A stretch of 64,000 nucleotides of DNA, taken from an uncultured Chloroflexia bacterium. Lineage in GTDB: Bacteria; Chloroflexota; Limnocylindria; Limnocylindrales; CSP1-4. The translations under genes and the position numbers were made by a program. The number at the start of each line of letters is the position of its first letter. Positions within the stretch are counted from its first letter, which is position 1. The notes below the pieces were generated by a model. It was not told the origin of the DNA and did not search any database. It saw only the letters and a program-made list of their open reading frames with translations. The stretch spans positions 32,299 through 96,298 of the forward strand of contig CAVQUM010000010.1 in the NCBI GenBank assembly GCA_963716815.1, in the 5' to 3' direction. This document shows positions 54,501 to 64,000 of the stretch, one piece after another.

Positions 54501-55042
54501 ACGCCATCGTGCTGCTCGACTTCGTGGAGCAACTCAAGGCCAAGGGCCTCTCGCCATACGACGCACTCGTGAAGGGCGCGAACACGCGCGTGCGGCCCAT
54601 CCTGATGACCGCACTGGCGACGATCCTGGCGCTGGCGCCGGTGGCCGCAGGCCTCGCCCACGGCTCGATCATCGCCGAAGAGCTGGCCACGGTCGTCATC
54701 GGCGGCCTCTTCAGCTCGACGTTCCTGACGCTCATGGTCATCCCGGTCATCTACTCGCTCGTCGATGGTGGCAAGGCCGGCTTCCGGGCGCGCTTCATGC
54801 GCAGCGACGCCGACGACGAGCTGCCGCCGGAGGTTCCGCCGCAGACCCCCGACGCCGAGCCCGTCCGGGCTAGGCGCCCGGACCCGAGGCACCCCCAAGA
54901 CCCGGTCGCGTCGAGCGGCCGGGTCTTCTTGGTACGCCTGGCACCTTCGGGTCGGGACCTGTGGCCCGGGGACAGCCGTCGACACCGCATGTACCGTTCA
55001 GGTTGTGCAAACTATTCGTGCATCAGCAATGGTGCGCACTAG
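51572..55042 (+). CDS. RND-superfamily efflux permease (AcrB/SwrC-like, 12-TM with two large extracytoplasmic loops), copy 1
   Basis: MIRLTQFAVKEKSVIILLAVGALLAGV... Conserved ...VDDSIVVLENIYRH... and ...ANQITLPSGAIDEGGLRLPV... The ORF may read through its true stop; TAG at 54871 plus a hairpin at 54895-54931 suggest an earlier end. Confidence 0.85.
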   Translation: MIRLTQFAVKEKSVIILLAVGALLAGVFSWGTLRQELLPDIEFPFVTIITPVPGAGAEDVAEQVSVPVEQSISNISRLQTVQSTSGSSLSLVFAEFDFGTDLKETLIEVEQAVGQLDLPQGSVPQVSSFDFNSQPIVVATVGPIEGADPVEAAEITRNEIVPALQGIDGVSTVDLTGGPTPILDIVLDPQAMAETGISLQQVQGILFANQITLPSGAIDEGGLRLPVSTVHEFTSAEELQSLIVGARAPNARKAVTEAPATAGEAAADEAPPEDDGGLFQLPDLGSLTEALASIPQPVTLGEIATIEPQEVQVSGYARTNGQPSLTLSVTKQSGANTVAVATEVEDVFAEATAAEAYGDTIRIDVIQNQAIFIEESTQGLVQEGLLGALFAILVIFIFLRSVRTTLVAAISIPLSIFLAIAIFGVAGLTINILTLGGLAVAVGRVVDDSIVVLENIYRHRGMGDSVHDSVITGTREVAGAITSSTITTAAVFLPIGFVGGIVSQFFLPFGLAVSFALLASLLVALTVIPVLAYWFVDKVDIEFDEDGEPKMTIWQKLYTPVLIVALKNRITKWGTIGIAGLLFVFAMSLAGLLPQSFVDAGGENFLTVTVSPPQGASTAGVREKTLEAEEILLANEDVELVQSTIPGEADTGAQALQAAFSGRASNSAVITVRLNDDVDLQAAREDIKEGLEPISTDGFDVAVSEQDAFGGGGGLQIVVSGQDPIDIEQAANAIAVELSAMEDLDNVESDAVSETPQVAVVVDPNKAAVIGSSTAQIGTQIRDVLVGQPIGSYTLEDGTAVTTILRVDDATVDGVEGLRAMPVSGMAGTSTLGEVASVEAVEVRGTVTRVDGSPAATVSADVIGQDLAGVSADAEARIDAQREAGQIPDSVEVTFAGATAEQAEAFEGLFLSMGVAILVVYIVMVLALGSLITPFIILFSLPLALIGAIPALLVTGNPLGISAMIGFLMLIGIVVTNAIVLLDFVEQLKAKGLSPYDALVKGANTRVRPILMTALATILALAPVAAGLAHGSIIAEELATVVIGGLFSSTFLTLMVIPVIYSLVDGGKAGFRARFMRSDADDELPPEVPPQTPDAEPVRARRPDPRHPQDPVASSGRVFLVRLAPSGRDLWPGDSRRHRMYRSGCANYSCISNGAH
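54895..54931 (+). terminator. Hairpin ccaagacccgg-N13-ccgggtcttcttgg inside the annotated 3' tail of RND copy 1
   Basis: Inverted repeat seen directly. Lies between the probable true end of the RND gene and the marR2 promoter region. Confidence 0.35.
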
Positions 55043-55051
55043 CGGAACCGA

Positions 55052-55540
55052 ATGGTGAGTCGCTCGGCTGCCGAGCTGCGCCAGGAGATCCTCGACGACT
55101 TCGACCAGCTCATCGAGCACGTCGCGCGCTGGCGGCAGATCGAGGTCGTCGACATCGACGTGACGATGCCCCAGGCCCGCTGCCTGACGCTCGTGGCGCT
55201 CTACCCCTCGATCTCCATCTCCGCGCTGGCCGCACACCTGCACATCGGCCTGCCCGCGGCCAGTGGCCTGGTCGATCGGCTCGTGGAGGCTGGACACGTC
55301 GAGCGCAATCCCGACCCCCACGATCGCCGGCACCAGCTGGTCACGCTCTCCGCGAGCGGCCAGGCCGTGGTCGACCGCTTCCATGAGCTGCCCTCGGCCA
55401 AGCTCGGCGAGCTCCTCGCTGGACTCAGCGTCGAGGAGCTGCGCGGACTCCGACTCGGCGTCGCGGCCATCGCCCGAGAGGCACGCCTGATCGCGGAGAG
55501 CACCACCGGCATCGATGACCCTGAAAGGACGACCGCATGA
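55052..55540 (+). CDS. MarR family transcriptional regulator (copy 2)
   Basis: 162 aa, paralog of copy 1 (...DIDVTMPQARCLTLVALYPSISISALAAHLHIGLPAASGLVDRLVEAGHVERNPDPHDRRHQ...). Stop overlaps the RND2 ATG. Confidence 0.85.
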   Translation: MVSRSAAELRQEILDDFDQLIEHVARWRQIEVVDIDVTMPQARCLTLVALYPSISISALAAHLHIGLPAASGLVDRLVEAGHVERNPDPHDRRHQLVTLSASGQAVVDRFHELPSAKLGELLAGLSVEELRGLRLGVAAIAREARLIAESTTGIDDPERTTA

Positions 55541-58500
55541 TCCGCCTGACCGAGTTCTCGCTGCGGCAGAAGAGCGTCATCATCCTGCTCGCCATCGGCG
55601 TCTTCATCGGCGGCGTCTACTCCTGGTCGACGCTCAAGCAGGAGATCATCCCCGACATCCAGCTGCCGTTCGTGATGGTCATCAGCCCCATGCCCGGCGC
55701 GGGCGCGGAGACGGTCGCGGAACAGGTGACCGTGCCCCTCGAGCGGGCGCTCGTCAACGTTCCCGATCTCGAGGGCACCCAGTCGAGCTCGTCCAACTCG
55801 ATGTCGATGATCTTCACCGAGTTCGACTTCGGGACCGACGTGAAGGAGGCGGTCGACAACGTCGAGCGCGCCATCGACACCGTGGAACTGCCCCAGGACG
55901 TCGACCCGATGGTGATGTCCTTCAGCATGGACCAGCTGCCCGTGGTCACCGCCACCATCGGTGCTGCCCCCGGCGCCGATCCGGCAGCGGCCGCCGAGAT
56001 CGCCCGTCACGAGATCCTGCCCCGACTGCAGGGCATCGACGGTGTCTCGACGGCCGAGCTGACCGGCGGCTCGACCCCGATCATCGACATCGTGCTGGAC
56101 CCTGCGGCCATGGCCGAGTACGGCATCAGCCTGCAGCAGGTCCAGGGCATCCTCTACGCCAACCAGATCACGCTGCCGTCGGGCAGCGTCAGCGACGGTG
56201 ACCTGCGCCTGCCGGTCTCGACCGCGCACGAGTACCGCTCGATCGCCGAGCTCGAGGCGCAGATCGTCGGCAGCAGCGGTGGCGCCGCGGCCGCCGGTGC
56301 CACCGGCGGCGCGGCCGCTGTGCCCCCGACCACGCCCGCGCCGGCGGAGGCGCCGGCGGAGGCGGAGGCGGAGGACGGAGGCAGCCGCGGACGACCCGGA
56401 AGAGGAGCCCTCGGCCGAGGGTGGTCTCGCCGGCCTTCTCGGCGACCTGAGCCAGCTGACCGAGGCCCTCGCGGCCATGCCCGTACCCGTCACGCTCGGT
56501 GACATCGCCACCATCGAAGAGGCCGAGATCAACGAGTCGGGCTATGCGCGCACCAACGGCGAGCCTTCGCTGACGGTCTCCGTCTCGATGGCCTCGGGTG
56601 GCAACACCGTGCAGGTCTCCGAGGACGTCCACGCCATCTTCGACGAGGCCCTCGCGTCGTATGGCGACGTCATCGTCGTCGAGACCATCATGGACCAGGC
56701 CGACTACATCACCGAGTCGATCCAGGGGCTGATGCAGGAGGGCCTGCTCGGCGGCCTCTTCGCCATCATCGTCATCTTCGTCTTCCTGCGCAGCGTGCGC
56801 ACCACCATCGTGGCCGCCATCAGCATCCCGCTGTCGCTGTTCATCGGCATCGCGCTCTTCGGCCTCTTCGGGCTGACCATCAACATCCTGACCCTCAGCG
56901 GCCTGACGGTCGCCGTGGGCAGAGTGGTCGACGATTCCATCGTCGTGCTGGAGAACATCTACCGTCACCGCGGCATGGGCGACACCAAGGGCCAATCCGT
57001 GCTCAACGGTGTGCGTGAAGTGGCCAAGGCCATCACCGTCAGCACCATCACCACCGTGGCCATCTTCCTGCCCATCGGCTTCGTCGGCGGCATCGTCAGC
57101 CAGTTCTTCCTGCCCTTCGGCCTGGCCGTGACGTTCGCCATGCTCGCATCGCTGGTCGTGGCCCTCACGGTCGTGCCCGTGCTTGGCCTACCTCTTCATC
57201 GACCAGATCGACATCAAGGTCGACGACAAGGGCCAGCCGCCCGAGACCGTCTGGCAGCGTCTCTACACGCCGCTGCTGCGAGTTCGCGCTGCGCAGCCGC
57301 GTCACCAAGTGGAGCACGCTGGGCATCGCGTTCGCGCTCTCGCTCGGGGCCATGATCATGGCCGGCAACCTGCCCACGGCCTTCATCGACATGGGCGGCG
57401 AGAACCTCGTCTCCATCACGGTCGCGCCGCCGCCGGCGGCTCGTCCGAGGCCGTCAGCGAGAAGGCCCTCGAGGCCGAGGATCCTGCTCGCGCGCGAGGA
57501 CATGGAGATGGTCATGTCCACCATCCCCAGCGAGGGCGACACCGGCACGCAGGCGCTGCAGGCGATGTTCGCCGGCCGCCCCTCCAACAGCGCCTCCATG
57601 ACCGTGCGCATCAAGGATGGCTACGACATCGAGGAATCGCGCACCGAGATCAAGGCCGAGCTCGAGCACCTCTCGACGGATGGCTTCGAGGTCATCGTCT
57701 CGGGTGAGAGCACCATGGCCGTGGGCATGTCCGGCATGTCCATCGTGGTCAGCGGTCTCGACCCCGACCAGATCAAGGCCGCCAGTGACCTCGTCGTCGA
57801 CGAACTGCGCCAGATGGACGGCCTCGACAACGTCGCCAGCGATGCGGTCGCCGAGTCGCCGCAGGTGATCGATCGCGGTCGATCCCAACATGGCCATGAT
57901 GATCGGCTCCACCACCGCCCAGGTCGGGACCGACATCCGGGGCGTGCTCGTGGGCAATCCCGCTGGGCACGTACACGCTCGACGACGGCACCTCGCTGGC
58001 CGCGCAGATGCGCGTCTCGGACGCGGGTGTCGACAGCGTCGAGGCCCTGCGCCAGATGCCCGTCAGCGGCATGGCCGGCACGACGCCACTGGGCACAGGT
58101 CGCCGACGTCGATGTGGTCGAGGTGCGCAGCCTCGGTGACGCGAGTGGACGGCACGCCGGCCGCGACCGTCAGCGCCGAGGTCATCACCGCAGACACCGG
58201 CGCCGCGTCCGAGGAAGCCGGCGGCTCGCATCGAGGACCTGCGCGACGACGGGCAGATCCCCGACACCATCGAGACCACGTTCGCGGGTGCCACCGCGGA
58301 GATGAACGAGGCCTTCGAGTAGCTCTGTACTTCTCGATGGGCTTCGCCATCCTCGTCGTCTACATCGTGATGGTGCTGGCCCTGGGCTCGCTCATCACGC
58401 CGTTCATCATCCTCTTCAGCCTGCCGCTCGCGGCCATCGGCGCCTTCCCGCGCCCTGGCCATCAGCGGCCATCCGCTCGGCATCAGCGCCATGGTCGGCC

Positions 58501-58904
58501 TGCTGATGCTCATCGGCATCGTGGTCACCAACGCCATCGTGCTGCTCGACTTCGTGGAGCAGCGGCGGGCCAAGGGCGACGAGGTCTACGCTGCGCTCAT
58601 CGGCGGCGCCAGTGTTCGCGTGCGGCCCATCCTCATGACCGCCATCGCCACGATGCTGGCGCTGACGCCGGTGGCCATGGGCATGGCCCACGGCTCGGTC
58701 ATCGCCGAGGAGCTGGCCGTGGTCGTCATCGGCGGGCTCTTCAGCTCGACCGCGCTGACGCTCATCGTCATCCCGGTGCTGTACTCGCTCGTGGAAGGCG
58801 GCAAGACCGGCTTCCGCCAGCGCTTCATGGGTAGTTCCGGTGACGAGCCCGCGGTCGAGGCGTCCACGGCCCCGCCCGAGGCCCCTGCGCCCGCGCAGAG
58901 CTAG
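55537..58904 (+). pseudogene. RND-superfamily efflux permease, copy 2; split into at least 6 ORFs by roughly a dozen small indels
   Basis: Segments homologous to copy 1 sit in different frames: 55537-56385, 56390-57180, 57183-57290, 57352-57440 and others, with the intact tail in frame 58491-58904. The amino-acid sequence stays conserved across the frame jumps. Confidence 0.75.
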
Positions 58905-59000
58905 CGCACGGCCCGCGCAGGGGAGGTGCCCACCTCCCGCTGGGGCAGGGGAGGCGGACCCACGCGGAGCCGGGCCGCCTCCTCGTGTCGGACAGCGCGG

Positions 59001-59211
59001 CTAGGTAGAGGGTCGGCGCACCACCAGGCCCTCGAGCAGACGCCGCGTCGCCTCGGCGATCTCGTCCACGGCAGCTTCGAAGACGGCTTCGTTGGCGCGG
59101 GAGGCTTGCGGTAGCCGCTCAGCTTGCGCACGTACTGGAGCGCGGCAGCCTGGACGTCCTCGTCGCTCACCGGTTCTGGCGACCCCCGCAGCGTCTTGAT
59201 CGATCGGCACA
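59001..59211 (-). CDS. Small conserved hypothetical protein (~70 aa), frameshifted near 59110
   Basis: MCRSIKTLRGSPEPVSDEDVQAAALQYVRKLSGYRKP in one frame continues as SRANEAVFEAAVDEIAEATRRLLEGLVVRRPST* in another. Confidence 0.45.
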
Positions 59212-59391
59212 TGGCCGTGCATGGTAGCGGGCTGGTGACGGGTGCACCAGCCCCGGCAGGAAGCCGTCGCCGACGGTAGACTCGGGACCGTTCACATATC
59301 GGCGCGGGGTCCCTCCAGCAGGAGGTGTGCCCAGATCCCGTCCGGCCGTGACGAAGTCGTCGCACGACCAGATAGGAGCCGCCGCCCGCGT

Positions 59392-60394
59392 ATGAGCCGA
59401 GTGCTGCTTGGCCTGTTCAGCGCCATCCTCGTGTTCGCACTCTCCGGCTGCGCCGGGCTGGCCGTCGGTTCCCAGGACGACGGCGGTACCGATGGTGGGC
59501 CCGGCAGGCCGCCGCCGCCAAGCCCACGCCGGAGCCGACCAAGCCGCCGCTGCGTGTGGCGGACCTGCTCGGCAGCGACGGGCGCCTGACGGTGCTCATC
59601 CTCGGCAGCGACTACCGCGAGGGTGTCATCGGCTCTCGCACCGACGCCATCATCGTGGCCACGGTCGACCCGCACGTCGGGCCGCGTGGCCATGGTCAGC
59701 CTGCCGCGCGACACGGTCAACGTGCCCATCGCACCGGGAAAGGTCTATCGGCGGTCGCATCAACTCGCTCTTCTGGGAGTACGAGCGCGCCGAGGGCAAG
59801 ACCAAGCCCGCCCTCAAGAAGCTCAAGCGGGACCTCGCCTACGCCTTCGGTACCGAGATCGACTACTACGCCATGGTCGAGTTCGACGGCCTCGTGCGCC
59901 TCATCAACAGCATCGGCGGGGTCGACGTCAAGCTCAAGGAGTCGCTCGTCGACCCCACCATGCACATCGGCAAGAAGGGCCTCAAGCTCAAAGCCGGGAA
60001 GCGGCACCTTGACGGCAAGAAGGCCCTGGCGTTCTCACGCTCCCGGCACACCAGCACCGACTACGACCGCTCCCGCCGGCAACAGCAAGTGCTCGTTGCG
60101 GCTGCGGCCAAGGTGCACAAGCGCGGCGCGGACCAGTTGTCCAGCCTCGTCGATGTGGCGCGCAAGCGCGTCGTCACCGACATGCCCTTGCGGGCTGCAC
60201 CGGCCCTGCTCGAACTCGCAGGGACCGCCGACCTGGAGAAGGTCAAGTCGGTCGTGTTGGAGCCGGATCAGTACGCTCGCGAGCTGCCGGGTACCTACAC
60301 CATCGCGCCGCGCGTGCTGGAGGTGCAGAAGCTGTTCGACCGCCTGGCCAAAAGGTCGACTAGCCCGGCCCGGGGCCCCGGCTCACACAGGTAG
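59392..60394 (+). pseudogene. LytR-CpsA-Psr (LCP) family cell-envelope phosphotransferase; at least 3 frameshifts
   Basis: Lipoprotein-like signal MSRVLLGLFSAILVFALSGCAG (frame 1), then LTVLILGSDYREGVIGSRTDAIIVATVDPH (frame 0), then RVAMVSLPRDTVNVPIAPGKVY (frame 1), then GGRINSLFWEYERAEGKTKPALKKLKRDLAYAFGTEIDYYAMVEFDGLVRLINSIGGVDV... (frame 2). Confidence 0.7.
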
Positions 60395-60413
60395 CGGCGC
60401 CGACGAACGAAAA

Positions 60414-60434
60414 GGCGCCGGCTCAGCCGGCGCC
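60414..60434. terminator. Bidirectional terminator hairpin ggcgccggc-tca-gccggcgcc between convergent genes
   Basis: Perfect 9-bp stem with a 3-nt loop, between the LCP stop (60394) and the CAP-domain gene stop (60461). Confidence 0.5.
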
Positions 60435-60460
60435 GTTCGCGAGTGGCCTCGTCGCAGGCC

Positions 60461-61059
60461 CTAGTCGACGAGCTGCCCGTAGAAGTTCACCACGAGCTGC
60501 GACTTGCGCGCGCCGTACTTGGCCGAGGCCACGCCCGCGCTCAGGAACTTGGCGATTCTTGAGCTGGCGCCAGTGCGGTCCGTTGTACGCCTTCTCCGCC
60601 TGCCACATGCGCACGATCGATCAGGGCGGTCTTGCGAGCGGTGCCGTAGTAGCCGCAGCCCATGTTCTCGCCGTTGGCGATGTGCCTGAGGCTGGCCGCC
60701 GCGAATCGCTTGTCGACGGTGGAACCGGCGCGGCTGTGGCCGATCCAGCAGGTGCGCGTGCCGTAGAACTGGACGGACTGGCGGGCCCATGGCCAGGAGA
60801 CCCTGTCGGAGATCTTGTCGCTGTAGCGCAGCGTCTTGACGGACTTGGAGTACCTGCCGCTGCCCCAGCCCTTGCACGTGGCGTACTTGGTCACGTGGCC
60901 GCCGGAGCGCATGCAGTTGACCAGGCGCATGGTCTGCTCTTCCGCGCCGGCACGACGCAGGGGCTTGGCCGCAGTGGCGGGCACGACGGTGATGGCTATC
61001 AGCAGCAGCGTCAGCAGGCTGGCGACTGCGAGCTGGGTTCGTGCGGGGTGGTACTTCAT
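60461..61059 (-). pseudogene. Secreted CAP/SCP/PR-1-like domain protein; at least 2 frameshifts
   Basis: Signal peptide MKYHPARTQLAVASLLTLLLIAITVVPATA. CAP-like GHSRAG...NMGCGYYG in one frame. ...AEKAYNGPHWRQ... in a second. C-terminus ...QLVVNFYGQLVD* (CAP motif 4-like) in a third. Confidence 0.55.
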
Positions 61060-61344
61060 TCGGCAGCGCTCCGCTGCCGCACGGCGATATCCAACAGACG
61101 GACCTCCGTCCTGACTCCCTCTGTCGTGGAACGCTGAGCTGGGGCTCAGGCGACCGGGCACTGGCCATTCGTCCCGTTCGGCCCACTATCACTGGGGTGA
61201 CAGGGGTCAACGACCGCCAAAGGGTACCCTCTCTGCGGTCCGTTTGTCTTGCCCGGGAGGGGCCCCGGCCCGTTGTCGCGACGGCCCCGAGCGTGGCACG
61301 CTGAGCCGAGACATCACGCCCGTGACGACGCTGGAGGCACCTGC

Positions 61345-64000
<2,656 letters not shown>

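Overview
High-GC (~70%) chromosomal window from a Gram-positive, Actinobacteria-like organism; almost everything codes on the + strand. 1-17.8 kb holds the end of tuf and then a contiguous S10-spc-alpha ribosomal-protein cluster (rpsJ to rplQ, with secY, adk, map, infA, rpmJ and rpoA), followed by truA-rplM-rpsI. It continues with a TPR protein and a Firmicutes-style cdaA-cdaR-glmM-glmS operon (c-di-AMP synthase plus amino-sugar synthesis), then acpS-nnrD-alr. A three-gene operon of unknown function sits between alr and the t6A genes tsaE-tsaB-rimI-tsaD. Downstream are rsmA, ispE, ridA, glmU, a CorC/HlyC-type CBS transporter, a polyprenyl synthase (-), recO and glyQS. An accessory-looking part follows: a frameshifted DUF4328 membrane protein convergent with an HExxH lipoprotein metalloprotease, and a minus-strand fpr / NfnA-like / GltD-like redox operon with a redoxin. 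After ppdK come two tandem marR-RND efflux modules (the second shattered by indels), an LCP protein, a CAP-domain protein and the start of lacZ. Several ribosomal proteins carry Ala/Glu/Pro-rich tails, and uL24 carries an apparent Cys4 zinc ribbon. No rRNA, tRNA, CRISPR or obvious mobile element is present. The sequence holds many single-base frameshifts (rplW, glmM, glmS, acpS at a G10 tract, DUF4328, lacZ and others). Beyond ~56 kb they become very dense, which fits consensus or assembly error better than biology. Coordinates of frameshifted genes are approximate.
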